Positions 40,201 to 50,622 of a DNA stretch of 64,000 bases are shown one piece after another; the first letter of the stretch is position 1; each line of letters begins with the position of its first letter. Under the pieces are notes generated by a model that saw only the letters and a program-made list of their open reading frames with translations, was not told the DNA's origin and did no database searches. The position numbers and the translations under genes are program-made. This DNA is from Botryllus schlosseri. Its lineage: Eukaryota. The DNA lies in contig CM119384.1 of the NCBI GenBank assembly GCA_051294905.1, positions 9,486,001 through 9,550,000 of the forward strand, given 5' to 3'.

Positions 40201-42542
40201 TGTGGAAGTGCGGAACGTATTTTTCTGTTATGTGGTGTCGTAGTAGAAAGTTTATGGGCTCATTGTCCGAATGTAACGAAGTTTCTTTAAAAGTCTTCGT
40301 CGATTTCGCACATAACTTGTCCGAAACGTACGCTCTATTTTTAAGCAGTCTCGTACAACACTTGCACTATTGTGGCGCGCGTCCAAAGTAGATGCAATTA
40401 GGCGACGCTCGGCACTTTGTAGAGGTCGACCGATATTGATTTTGCAGGCCGATATCGATTATCGACACACTCACAAGGTCGATAACCGATACCATAGGCC
40501 GATATTAATATGGAAGGAGCAAAGAACTATTTCGCCAAAAATATTATATATTAGGCAAGATGGCACTTGTACATGACACAGAAAGCTGAAAAACAAACGA
40601 GAAAACTAAAATTAAAAAGAATTATTGCTTAATTGTGGACATTGATTGAAATTTGGGATAACCCAAAAAGCAAAACATGATACAGAATTGCAGATCGGTT
40701 CAGTAGAGGTAGATTGTGATGCAAGAAGCATATTTTCTCTCGATGCTCACCCAGTAATACTCGTCCTTCAAGGGTATATATGTCACGCATTGCCATTTGT
40801 GTCGTCGATTTCTTCAGATTGAGAACACGTAGCATTAAATTTCTAATATTTTCGAATTTTTTGATATATGAAATATTGGCCTTCATAGGCCCCATATATC
40901 GATAATCGGGAAAGTTCCAAATATCGGCCTCGATAATCGGATAAGTCGACAATCGGTCGACCGCTTCTCGGCAGTATAATAGAGGCTACAGCAAACAGCA
41001 AAGTCGTAATTCATTCAAAGGATACCGCATAAACATATTCAAGTTACTGGTCTTTGACAGAACTTAGCGAGCTTCGCCTTGCAGAAATTTCAATACCGTC
41101 ACGTATAAATATCTAATATCAAAAACGCAACAGTAAATGAAGCTTCTAATATTATATTTGAGTTGCATGCAGGTATCGTATTTAAATTTAGGGTCAATGG
41201 TGATTTTTTGACGGTTCGCAGGTACGCCACATTTGTTTTGAAGTTTTGCCGGTCCGCGAGGTCAAAAAGGTTGAGAAACACTGGTCTAAAACATAACCAC
41301 TTAGGTCAGTACTGCAGGTGGGAAAAATGAGCTTGAGTACTCTGAAAAAGTCCAAGTTGCAATCCTCATAGAGTGCATAGAGTGCAATCCCGTGGTGATT
41401 GATTTTCTGACGTCAAACCACCGCGTAAAGTACCGGATTGATCGGGTACATTCCGTGCGGTGCACTCACCCGTGGGATGTTGAGCGTATTGCAAGAGTTT
41501 CTTGGCTCGGTCGTATAGCATCTGTCGAATTCTCGTCCTTTGCGCGATTGGGAGTTTGTTCATGTAGATGCTGACTGTCCTTTGATTGGATCTGCACGCC
41601 GCCTGACAAATACAATCAGATGTTTCTCGATATTTATTTACATCATTTCATTTGCTATCATCCAATATGCATGTAACGCTTCAGAGAAAATCTTAACAGC
41701 ACAGATGCCACTCTATAGAACCGCACCGCAATAATCGAAGGTATTAAGCATCTGCTTGCCGTTCTAATGCGCCCGGGCACAGCCTTAGCATCAGCAAGAA
41801 TGAATACACGTTTCGGTGACGATGTGACGTAACAAACGACGTTATGATCGCTGGAATCAAGATTTACGAGGCGCAAATATGCATTGATTTAGCTTACTGC
41901 TACTCTTGGTGCAGTCCGAGACGCAAATTTATTGGTTTTTTATCCGTTGATGTTTTCAAAAGACTCTACAGCTGTCGCGATTGCTCCTATTCCTATAATC
42001 TCGAGAAAACCTTATCAATTAGCAATGACCCCCAATGAATGAGAAATCGATATGGTGGTTTTGTTTGGGTGCAGTGATTGATTGGTGTGATCGGTTTCTA
42101 ATCTGTCCTTATTATTTCTCACTTTTGTACCTCCATTCGATCCGTAGCTAATAAATCTACAGCATTGGAATGAAGCGACTCCGCCACAATACCTCCAAGT
42201 CGATGAGAAGAGCATCGATGTCTTCGTTTTCCAAATGAACGAGAGCGCGCTCGAACAACAGAGTCGGGTCCTTCGGCGAGTGGCGCAGAAGATTGTCGTA
42301 ATCTTTCCTGGCTTCGTTCTGGAAGACATTTGAAAATTCAGAATCATTTTGTTCTGGAATATGTGGCCGTTGAGTGAATTGAAATGCGCGCGACTCGTTC
42401 ATGCGCTTCTGTGTCAGGGGGCATATGACACAATGTGGTTAATTAGAGCCAATAACTATTTTGCCGAGTCATTATCGCACTTAACATCTATAATCTTATA
42501 AGTCTACACTGTTCCAATTAAAACAAAACAAATATATATGTC

Positions 42543-42578
<36 letters not shown>

Positions 42579-45500
42579 ATAGAGAGTCTATATTTTTCAT
42601 CTAACCGAAATACATAAACAGACAGCAATAATGGTGTACAGAAAATACGCATGCAAAGTATTCGGTATCAGATAGGAATGATCGAAACGACGTTGGAGGT
42701 CAACTAGTCTGATCACACCCGCATCTATCAGGGATGCAATTGTCTGAACACAGTCTCGCTATAATATCCACAAATCCATGCAGATTGCCGACCCATGCCT
42801 ACGAGAACGTGAGGAGTAGGAGTATTAGTGATCGGTTCATAGGATTAGTCGAATTTGGAAAATGTGACAGAATACATAAGTAAATCGCACAAACAGTTGC
42901 GACTCCAGTCCTAAACCTTGGTGGAAATGTTGAAAAGCTGTGCTGACTGAATTACTCCTGCTGGACTATACGTATAAGTTCTATAGTTGACATGTGTCAC
43001 ATTTTAGTATTGGCAGAACATATTGGTTTTATCAGCAGAATTATTATGTATAGGCTTAAGATTCTGATATCCGACCAATTGTCTTAATAATCACCCTACC
43101 TTTTTCCCGGTTTCCCGATAGCAAGCCGCTCTCGCCGACAAGATCACGCTGTCCTGCGCGTAATCCTTCCGCGACAGCAAGTGGTCGTAGATTTTGATCG
43201 CGAAATTATGCCTCCCGATCTTCGAATAGCAGGCGGCCAGTTTCAGCAACGTGTCCCGGTGCCTGGGCTTCACCACCAAGATCGCGCGGTAGTAATCGAT
43301 CACTTGGTGCACGTTAGAGTTCAACCTCATGTTTGACGTAGACTTTTCGGGAGAGTTCAATCTGGAAGAAATCTTGTCCAAGGTCGACACCACGTCGTTC
43401 AGCTCCGCAGAACTGGAGTTCAGTATCTCGCGTGCGATTCTCCCAACATGCTGCACTTCGTAATTATCTTCCAGGAAAGTCTTTGTTATGTCATACTCCG
43501 GCTGTTGTTCGCTTCTCTTCGCGTTGGCTTTGTTAATCGCTTCAACCAAGGAATCGATTGGCAAGTTCAAACCGCGGGTAATGTTGCTGATTGCAATGTC
43601 TGTCTGTGGCTTCAGCACGTAGCAATAGCCGAGCCGGATCCAACATTCGGCAAGCTTTCTGGTGTCGGCGCTGACTTCGTGGTATAAAACCCGGATGGAT
43701 TCGTTCAGTGTGGCGATTGCTTGATCCAGTTTGTTCCAGGTTGTTAGCCTCTCGACGTAAGTCATTTGAAGCTGGAAGTCTGTGGTGTCCATCGCTAACA
43801 GCAGTCTGGCAAAGTATGTACGACATCAGCTGCGGAGCAAATGCCCTGTTTTTCTCGATACTTGTTACAGAACTACCAAAGCTGAACTGTCCAATGATAC
43901 CTACTAGAATAGTAAAAGGTACACGGGGATTTGAAGATCGCGGAAGCAATACTTGAATATCACTGATCATTATACTGAAGATGACAACTTCCACTGAGCG
44001 ACATGATCAATTGCGCATAATTGTGTAAAACTCACGATTGCTGTCTCCGGAACTTACCGTCTTGTTATGAAATTTGATCGTATGTAGGATTTTACTTTGG
44101 TCCGATTACCCACAGTAATATGGGCGTAGTAGGGACAAATTCGGGAGGGGCTAACAACATTATAATTATATGACGTCACAGACGCAACTAACAAATAATA
44201 AACATACCATTAGAAAAATACTTGGGGTTAGGACAATTATACCTACCCCAGCATGCGTTCGGCCTGAATTATTCTCAATATCGGAACTTTGAGAGTAACA
44301 CATTCATAATTCGACCTCCGTTGACAACAAATACATATTCTGTCTCAACCCAGTGATTAAACAAGCGGTTTGGATACGTTAATTTATCCGTAATTCGACG
44401 AGGAAAAACACCCTTACTTGCAGCAATCTGTTGTTAGCTTCAGCCATTTTTCACTTTTTCTATTTTCGCTTCCGATCGGCTTCGAGTGCACAAAAGCCCG
44501 TAGCAGTTCAGTAATTTGCGGGTAATGGGCGCCGTGCTTATTCCGTAAAACCTGCTCATTGCGCACATGTCAATCAAACAATTCTAAAGTATTTCAAAAT
44601 CCCCGAAGGTCCGTAGCTAAAATCAACAGTATTGGGCCATTGGCGAAGAAAGGAAACATCATACGGTAACGATCATATATATGCGTTGAATATAAAATTT
44701 TGAGGGGGGAGGAATTGCAGCTATACGATGCCGTCAATGATACGTAATTAACGAAATCAAAAAGTAACGTCAGATAGTGTTAAAAGTCAAAGCTTAGAAG
44801 ACAAGAGAGCTCTGGTGTGGGCGGTTTAATTTTGCATAGGATTTAATATTAAGTATGACATATATTGATGTGTGCAGAAAGATATTTGTGGCAATAGATA
44901 TTTAACACACAAATATTTTCCTGTCATCCTACAATTGGATCAACACCCATTCAAACGTTTTGATATTTTCAATACATAAGATACAACCACTCGTGTCTTA
45001 TTTGTAACCGGATAGGACATTCGATCCATAATCACTGATATAAACTTCCTTTTACATTCAAAAATTTGTAACAGGCATTGTCTGGGCTTTGTGGAGACGG
45101 AGTCGTGAATACGGTACTGTACACGGACAGAAAACGACATGGGCGGTGCACGACGGGATCCTATCAACAAATCGCAAGTACAATGGGCTGCCTAGTAACC
45201 GGTGACTGGAGGCAAGGGCTATGGTGTTTGAGTCAAGACTATACTGAGAACTGAACCCGGAAAAAAATTACATGAGGGCATCCCCTGACTTCACCGATAA
45301 TAATTGCAATCACTTCTCTGTGATACTACCATACATTAAAAATATTATTGTTCTTCCCATCCGTTAAGATGGCGAATTAAACAATCTTATATCATAGGGA
45401 TGGTGTGAACCTCGGAAAGGTTCAGGTTCGTGTGAACGCGAACCTTTTTGAAAGGTTCTGTGTGAACGCGAACGTGAACATCATGACGTCACGTGACGTC

Positions 45501-48500
45501 ATTTTGCTAATTCCAACCCTACATTTCAGTGAAGTGATAGCCTTTATGAATGTACACAGTAGGGCTCTTCAAAAATGACTTTTATTCTCAAATCGTACTG
45601 GCTACTTGATAAAATTGTTAGGTTACCTAATTTAAGCCTACACACAAAATTTGGTTCAATTCCAGCCAGTAACCGCTTTGCTACAGGAGTATAAAGTTTC
45701 TATTTATTATATAAAAATAAATATTAGAAAATTTGAAAATTTTCTGTTCACCCCATGAAAGTGTTAGGCTGTCTATAGAAACGATGCTCACCAAATTTGG
45801 TTCAATTCCAACCGTGGAAGCGGAGTTATTGCCGTCGAAAAATCTGGATTTGAATAAAATAGTATTTACGGTGACCGATTCTTTGTTTCTTTATTATAGC
45901 TGTGCTCACCGTAAATACTATTTTATTCAAATCCAAATTTTTCGACGGCAATAAGTTCATATTGACGATTTAAACGTCGCCAAATGTATCAACTGGGGCA
46001 ACCAAATGATATATTAATCCCATAAAATCAATATCTTCCGTCGCTCTGCCAACAATTCCGACGGGGACTTGCAAGGGAATATAAGCTTACGCCTAAACGG
46101 TCTAGGCCAGACCGGACAATGTATTCGTGGTCTGAGTATTGCTACGTGGATATTGAACAGAGTGTAAAACGGTTTCTATACTTGCTACCGATAGTGCCCC
46201 ATTAACAAGTTATGCAGCAGTAGCCAACACCCCAATCGCACGGATTTGGTTTTTATGATACAATAAATGTATGAAGTCAAGATTGACCCCGCACGCCTGC
46301 TAGATTTTTACACCAGGCAACGATATCAATTTTATTGATTGGTTGAATAAACAACATTCGCTGACTACCTTGTACCTACATGTAGTATAGTTCGCTCTTG
46401 ATGTTTGTGATTGCGGGTCAAGCTCACGGCAGAGAGTCACTAAATATTCACAACGGAAAGCTTGATATTTCGAGCAAACGTTTGTAACAAAACAAGTAAA
46501 TTTTTTGAGATTGTCAAGGTGCATGCTTGTTTAGTGTTGATTTTTTATACTGTCAGCGCCATGCATAGAGTGGCCACAATTGAAATGCAGTAAATTTCAA
46601 CCAAAGATGTTATAATTAAGTGAAAATTGTAATATATGAAAAAGGTTCACAGTGCAGAACTTACCAAGGTTCGTTTGTGAACGTGAACCTCTAAATTTCA
46701 GAGGTTCACACACAGAACGCGAACGTGAACCTCACGCTCACACCATCCCTAAATCAAGTGTAAATCAGACCATTATGGCGAAATATTGATAGAGAACAAT
46801 ATTTGAACTTCAACGGCAGAAATAATGACTCGAAAGTCAAGAACGATACCGGTAAACCCTGCTGCAGCGATGCAAATCAAAGACGACATCTACTACAGAA
46901 TATCAAATACCTGTTCTTGGCCTTCTGTTAGCGTTGTCAGTTAATATAAATTTATAACATGTTACGCTTTTGATAAACAGCCATTATTATTTGTGAGACG
47001 CATCTCTGCAGCATGCTAGGTTTGAAAGTGATTATTCACCTGAACCGCTCCCTCCTTGTCTTTGGCGAAAGCGCGGAGGCAGTCCGACACGGCCTGCTTA
47101 TTGAAGCCGTCCATGAGCGTGTACGCGATGGCCCTTTGGATCAGAATAGAGGCCGCATCGTTTCCCAAGTGGTCAATGATGGCCGAGCATACATCTACCA
47201 CCTGTTACATGTCGTATGCATTTTATTATGAAAGTAGGCTATGCCTGTTTGACATGGGGCGGAATTTTACCTGTTTGTACCTCTTTTCTTTCATTTGGCT
47301 TTCGATTTGTGCGATACACGTATCGACTACTCCGGGGTCCAGTGTGAAGATAAATTTCCATATTTCGTTGGCGACGTTTTTCACTCCGGGACATCTCCTC
47401 CTGGAAATATCATCCATTTCGGTGAGATTTGGTTTAGCAATGAAATGTCACGAAAATTGCTAGTGAACGATGGTACTGTATTTCTCAAAATGCAAATTTA
47501 CGGGAAGAGGACATAATTGGTACCCATAAGGGTATAATGCAGTTCAACGCGATCCAGATAAGATGTCTGGCATTCAGAAAAATCAGAAAAATCACTAGAC
47601 ACAAAACCGGACTCGTTACCACAGGGAGCGACTGTCCTACGCCAAACTGGTCTACACGATTTTTGCGCCAGGACTTCTTTGGGTCAATGTAACAAAATTT
47701 GGGGGCGCTGAGTACGACTATGACGTTTTTTTGGCTCCATCACGTCACGTTTTGTCACTTTCAGTAATTCTCAGAAATTTCATCTCATCTTCCACTTGAA
47801 GTAGTTTTGACATGTCTTAGAAATGACTGACTATACTTCTACTTATAATTGAGTAGAAATGTAAGGCGTTACTTGTGCTACTTGAGTAGCATCGCTGATC
47901 ACTTCGACCGACTCTAGTTTATAGTAAAATATTACGGCAAATCTGAAACCACCAAAAATGTAAAGCGTTTTGTATTTAGAACTGGTGTTTAATCATGCAA
48001 AACATCAACAAAAAGTCTCGATAATAAGCAATGCTAATCTCTGGCTCTGTTCCAGCATAGAACACGTGATATATGGTGTAGGCTACAGAATGTCCTATGT
48101 GGAGAGGGATCGACTGTCCAAGAACCGATGCATATTTATTTCTATTGTGAACTGTGAAGTAACACGAACTTCTGGTTTCCTGTTGAGCTGTTAGTAAGCA
48201 GTCTCCATTCATCTGGTTGTCTATAATAGACAATGAGAAAGAAGCCCTTCATATCATGGCAACAAATCGAAGGAAAATAGTTCAGAAACAGCCTTCCTCG
48301 ATTCCGATAAAATGTGACAATATATGGAAAATGGAGAAGAAGAATTAGCATGATAAGTACAGGTGGAGTTTAATGATGACAAATTCTTTCAAGTTATCAT
48401 GATAAGCACTTTTTTCTTTGGGAAAGCAGACATCCTGTTTCGTTTAATGTTTCAAGACAAGCTTAAAGGGTCGCATATTCGGGTCATGTGCCAGGGTGAA

Positions 48501-50468
48501 CAATTCTCTTCTACCTAATATACCAACAATACAATGTTTATTGTTTGCAAAATTTATGTTTTGCGAATAAGCATGTGTCCGGTCACAAAATGCATTGACC
48601 GATTAAGTCTGCAGAACGGATGCATAAAGATAGATACCTTATGGAACTAAATTAGGTAAGGAGCTACTAATCACAATCCTTAAACGAAGAGTGGTATATA
48701 AAGATGATAACTGCTGCGGACTAAAAATAGTTGCATCCACATATAAATTTATGGGTCGAAAAGAGGTCCTGATCGAAAGAAGATAGAGAACCACTGGATT
48801 CAAGTTCACCGAAAACTCAAGTTATTCTGTTCTGCAACAACCCAGGTTTCATAATTATAGATGATCTCAATAACAATATTTGATTTGATCTGTTGCTGTT
48901 GTACGCTGACCGTAATGTCACTAACGAACAATATTCCGTCTAATTTGTGACGAGTCTACGCGCACCCACCAATTCACTGCGCGGTCCCTTTAACAACAGT
49001 GCGCAACAATTAAAAAAAAAGGTCCCCACTTCGGATTTTTTGTGCGCAGCTTAGATTTTCTGTGTCCAGAGACCGTGTCAGCACTGCGCATTTGCGCAAG
49101 TGCGCAGCTTAGAGGGAACATTGCTAACGAAAGCCGAAATTTGATTAATATATGAAAACGAGAAAAATACATACTGAAAAAATCTGACGTGATAGAGAAA
49201 TTCTGACGACAGAATCGGATTCACCAACCTTTAATTAGCCTAAATCAATCATTAAAATTTTTGGGACAATTTATTTTTAATTTTTAGACCAGTGGGTCGA
49301 AAAGGGCTTCTTCTGATTGAACAAAGAGAGAGAATCACTGGATTCAAGTTCACCGAAAACTCACTTATTCTGTGCTACAACAACCCATCTTTCATGATAG
49401 ATGATTTCAATAACAATATTTGATCTGTTGCTGTTGTACGCTTACCGTGATGTCACTAACGAAAGCCGAAATTTGATTAATTTGTGAAAATGAGAAAAAT
49501 TCGTACGGAAAAAAGCTGGCGTGATGGAGAAATTCTGAGCACAGAATCGGATTCAGAAACCTTAAATTAGCCGAAATCAATCACTAAAATTTTTGGCACA
49601 AAATTTTTTTCGAAATTTGTAGACCAGTGTAATTCATGAATCTCAACGAGGTTGCGACACAATATGAACCGCGTTATGACCCTTGAATGTTCATTAGTAT
49701 CTAGTTAATTAGTGACCAAAATCAATCAAAGACGTAATTTGATAAGCCCATAATTATCTGCTATTCATTGACTGTATGCAAATTAGTTTGAGTTACGCTA
49801 GTACTTGATCAAGGTGACAATGCTTTTCTACGCGGGTTCAGATGACTGCATCTGGATGCAGTATGTATTGCCGGCTGTGACAATTGTTTGACAGCGCGCG
49901 GTTGGAGACTTATTTCAATCAGTGGCTATCTGCTGGCAGCCTGAACGCAAAGTTAAATGAAACCAGTAACAGTTGATCGTACTCTCGCTCTGAAGCCTAT
50001 TTTATAAACGATATTTTGAATCAACATTTTCAGTATATAGGGCACTATAGATCAAACCGCTGTCGAGTATGAAAATCGGAACTATTCAGGACAATCGCGT
50101 TGCTGAAAAAAAGGCCATACTTACGTCGCGTACCGAAAGTGTGGTAACAATGCACCTAGACTCTAGACATCCCTTTTTAGTGGGTACCCCTATTTTCCCT
50201 GACTGTACGAGTGTACGTACGTACACGTGCTATCTTACCGTAAATTTTCCGCACTGTCAGTCTTCAACCAGTCCTGTAACACGCGCACGACATTGTCCTT
50301 TTCCGGCGGAACTAGCGAATCGAGAAGATGTAATTGAGTACCATGCGGATCAACAACATAAGCGTTCAGATATGAAACGACAGCCTCCAACAAATGGCCA
50401 GCAGCCCTCTTGATGTCACCATCAGCGCGTAGAGATTCTCCATTTCCGTTCTCCCGTCCTCGCAACAT
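28120..50468 (-). CDS. TTC34: TTC34-like tetratricopeptide-repeat protein gene (20 coding exons, 3921 nt, 1306 aa)
   Basis: Twenty exons join with GT-AG sites and matching phases into one open frame. Colinear from N- to C-terminus with vertebrate TTC34 as I recall it: TDCCKLLLAMD ~ TDCLRLLAALD; DALCGRAFMRLALG ~ QALCGRALVHLALD; HLEIVMELSPNDVTAVARAGL ~ HLEKALHRAPTSEAARARLGL; EDGILIDNNNIDLKKLRARARKE ~ ESGLLVDPDHRGLKRLKARIRRE. The start codon is the first ATG in the open frame, so it is less certain. Confidence 0.88.
28743..29059 (-). CDS. TTC34: TTC34-like exon 19
   Basis: Acceptor AATTTTCAG; QAMDDMATVIKE...MDYCARGHVHL...ACSDYSRALKIN...YPSRFR; phase-1 donor GTAACG. Confidence 0.85.
29245..29791. 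mobile_element. hAT-type MITE
   Basis: TIR CAGGGGCGGGCAACC / GGTTGGCCGCCCCT with GGGCCAC subterminal motifs; TSD degenerate. Confidence 0.65.
30312..30463 (-). CDS. TTC34: TTC34-like exon 18
   Basis: Acceptor TTTTTTCCCCGGCAG; ECHVNAGIM...AVEYLGLSLVAS...LRQRALCFMKLKNN; phase-2 donor GTGAGT. Confidence 0.9.
31279..31493 (-). CDS. TTC34: TTC34-like exon 17
   Basis: Acceptor ACTTTGCGCAG; EFEEGLRHLEIVMELSPNDVTAVARAGLI...RRRLSE; donor GTATCG. Confidence 0.9.
31760..31930. repeat. Degenerate ~170-bp palindrome (hairpin MITE)
   Basis: ATGTAAG...TAGAGCTATAGTTTCG...AGAATTGTCTAAAATCA cacaaat TGATTTTAGACAATTCT...CGAAATTATAGCTCTA...CTTACAT. Confidence 0.8.
32039..32304. mobile_element. hAT MITE family B (CAGAGGTGGTCA TIR, AGTAGA/AGTAA arrays), intact copy
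   Basis: TIR CAGAGGTGGTCA / TGACCACCTCTG; perfect 8-bp TSD CCGACCAC (32031-32038, 32305-32312). Confidence 0.92.
32376..32650 (-). CDS. TTC34: TTC34-like exon 16
   Basis: Acceptor GTTTTTTCCAG; SSAGPRKVKPSL...AQMIGKLLIAVDPGNPLRHGMYADIFILK; phase-1 donor GTAAGC. Confidence 0.88.
32685..33745. mobile_element. Family B copy, opposite orientation to 32039-32304, with an internal retroposed insert
   Basis: Begins CAGAGGTGGTCAGTAACG; ends TTCTACTTGAGTACCAACG...CTCT; flanks AGTGTAAA / AGTGGTAAA approximate a TSD. Confidence 0.7.
32857..33149 (+). mobile_element. Retroposed ~290-bp element (SINE or LINE 3' end)
   Basis: GC-rich insert ending in an A-run, flanked by 11-bp direct repeat AAAGTATTCTA (32846-32856, 33150-33160). 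Confidence 0.65.
33781..33968 (-). CDS. TTC34: TTC34-like exon 15 (Ser-rich insert; absent from the ORF track)
   Basis: Acceptor TCTCTATCTATATAG; SDAASPFDGSSPQNAASSPTKSE...MKRKRRGFH; phase-2 donor GTATGT. Confidence 0.75.
34032..34197 (-). CDS. TTC34: TTC34-like exon 14 (Ser/Pro-rich insert)
   Basis: Acceptor TTTTACAATCCAG, phase 2; ITVETAKLFGHTPSPSSDSSSETTPVSPEAASPYSD...RPES; weak donor GTCGGT is the one giving the required phase 0. Confidence 0.7.
34411..34795. mobile_element. Family B copy
   Basis: CAGGGGTGGTCAGTAA ... TCTACTTGTACTTGAGTAACAACG...TGACCACCTCT. Confidence 0.7.
34925..35006 (-). CDS. TTC34: TTC34-like exon 13
   Basis: Acceptor TTTTTCGCGGGCAG; DQHVLSLLLAYGSRDGLMLNGRRESSI; phase-2 donor GTATGC. 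Confidence 0.82.
35075..35252 (-). CDS. TTC34: TTC34-like exon 12 (absent from the ORF track)
   Basis: Acceptor TTTTTATCAG; VNPVSVDALCGRAFMRLALGDEHGCVNDIVQAC...ILLHWL; donor GTTAGT. Confidence 0.9.
35311..35420 (-). CDS. TTC34: TTC34-like exon 11 (absent from the ORF track)
   Basis: Acceptor TATCTTTTCAG; ...SYLARAECHAHLGDQGNAIRDFTSALE (TPR); donor GTAAAT. Confidence 0.9.
36744..38050. mobile_element. Family B ends enclosing ~1.3 kb
   Basis: Left CAGCGGTGGTCAAAGTAG at 36744; right GTACTTCGTTACTG...GACCACCTCA at ~38020-38050; no clear TSD. Confidence 0.55.
38217..38421 (-). CDS. TTC34: TTC34-like exon 10
   Basis: VVQVGGEEMVSNFLQ...AIHCFTIAVL...NSS; phase-1 donor GTGACA. Confidence 0.85.
38469..39001. 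mobile_element. Family B copy
   Basis: CAGATGTGGTCAAAGTAG ... GACCACCTCTG; flanks GGGATGGG / GAGATGGA (6/8). Confidence 0.75.
39258..39347 (-). CDS. TTC34: TTC34-like exon 9
   Basis: Acceptor GTCCTTGCAG; NSDNHIVKLHLGLLLILMKDAETGIAYLTK; donor GTATAG; phase 0-0. Confidence 0.85.
39428..39606 (-). CDS. TTC34: TTC34-like exon 8
   Basis: Acceptor TTTAAATCTCTCAG; ...SQLLTKLNSKDRAAHILKAHAFYYIGSYDDAE...DNNPE; donor GTTAGA. Confidence 0.86.
39700..39939. mobile_element. Near-perfect fold-back MITE (111-bp arms, 18-nt spacer), probably Tc1/mariner-type
   Basis: 39700-39810 is the reverse complement of 39829-39939 with one mismatch; TA dinucleotides flank 39704-39935. Confidence 0.9.
40050..41283. 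mobile_element. hAT-type element (CAGTGGTTCTC / GAGAAACACTG) containing a nested TAGAGGTCGACCGAT MITE at 40420-~40966
   Basis: Outer ends match the 20031 and 55003 family; inner ends TAGAGGTCGACCGAT / ATCGGTCGACC with GCCGATA/TATCGGC arrays. Confidence 0.65.
41470..41602 (-). CDS. TTC34: TTC34-like exon 7
   Basis: Acceptor TATTTGTCAG; AACRSNQRTVSIYMNKLPIAQR...LQYAQHPT; phase-1 donor GTGAGT. Confidence 0.88.
42193..42318 (-). CDS. TTC34: TTC34-like exon 6
   Basis: Acceptor TGTCTTCCAG; NEARKDYDNLLRHSPKDPTLLFERALVHLE...IDLE; donor GTATTG. An in-frame alternative acceptor exists at 42408. Confidence 0.82.
42549..42574. repeat. (GA)13 microsatellite
   Basis: Direct reading. Confidence 0.95.
43100..43805 (-). 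CDS. TTC34: TTC34-like exon 5
   Basis: Acceptor CTTTGCCAG, phase 2; 706 nt with several TPR units (AECWIRLGYCY; DTLLKLAACYSKIGRHNFAIKIYD; ILSARAACYRETG); donor GTAGGG. Confidence 0.92.
44418..44551 (-). CDS. TTC34: TTC34-like exon 4 (absent from the ORF track)
   Basis: VLRNKHGAHYPQITELLRAFVHS...LTTDCC; phase 0 to 2; donor GTAAGG; bridges exons 3 and 5 in frame. Confidence 0.85.
45395..46751. mobile_element. hAT-type MITE, family A copy 2 (longer; carries nested hairpin)
   Basis: Same TIRs and colinear body as 2759-3625; extra internal DNA at ~45540-45960; TSD not preserved. Confidence 0.88.
45826..45954. mobile_element. 129-bp hairpin MITE with 49-bp arms
   Basis: TTATTGCCGTCGAAAAAT(C/T)TGGATTTGAATAAAATAGTATTTACGGTGA and its reverse complement, one mismatch. 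Confidence 0.85.
47040..47201 (-). CDS. TTC34: TTC34-like exon 3
   Basis: Follows a 69-nt intron; VVDVCSAIIDHL...ILIQRAIAYTL...LRAFAKDKEGAVQ; donor GTGAAT. Confidence 0.88.
47271..47400 (-). CDS. TTC34: TTC34-like exon 2
   Basis: Acceptor ATTTCCAG, phase 2; RRCPGVKNVANEIWKFIFTLDPG...EKRYKQ; donor GTAAAA. Confidence 0.85.
48752..49629. repeat. Tandem duplication (541-bp and 337-bp units) in TTC34-like intron 1
   Basis: Units start TGGGTCGAAAAG (48752, 49293), share CACTGGATTCAAGTTCACCGAAAACTCA...CAGAATCGGATTCA and end TAGACCAG(TG). Confidence 0.88.
48929..49123. mobile_element. 195-bp hAT-type MITE
   Basis: TIR CAATATTCC / GGAACATTG; perfect 8-bp TSD CTAACGAA; the paralogous unit has a single CTAACGAA (empty site) near 49456. 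Confidence 0.9.
50239..50468 (-). CDS. TTC34: TTC34-like coding exon 1
   Basis: MLRGRENGNGESLRADGDIKRAAGHLLEAVVSYLNAY...VLQDWLKTDSAENL; phase-2 donor GTAAGA. Confidence 0.8.
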
Positions 50469-50608
50469 CTCCAAGCCAATTAAGTTGACAAGCGATGTGT
50501 TGGATTGTGAGTTTCGGCAAAGGATCAGTTTCTGACAATTACGGTGACGGCATGTGATATAGACGAGTCAGGTGATGCTTGCGCTTTGCATGACACACCC
50601 ATAACCCC

Positions 50609-50622
50609 GTATCTATGGTTAT
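50609..50622 (-). promoter_or_regulatory. Candidate RFX X-box upstream of the TTC34-like start
   Basis: ATAACCATAGATAC on -, ~140 bp upstream of ATG 50468; one mismatch to the relaxed X-box consensus RTHNYYWTRRNRAC. Confidence 0.25.

Noticed and set aside
41658-42060. ORFs between TTC34-like exons 6 and 7
   Set aside because: Exon 6 splices in frame to exon 7 with continuous homology; these ORFs add stops or no similarity.
44940-45170. Minus-strand exon-like segment (DPVVHRPC...NACYKFLN) as TTC34-like exon 4
   Set aside because: Cannot supply the phase-2 end that exon 5 needs; 44551-44418 fits both phase and homology.
48142-48221. Strong minus-strand acceptor and short frame (QPDEWRLL...) in intron 1
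   Set aside because: Hits a stop with no good donor; exon 1 joins exon 2 directly with continuous homology.
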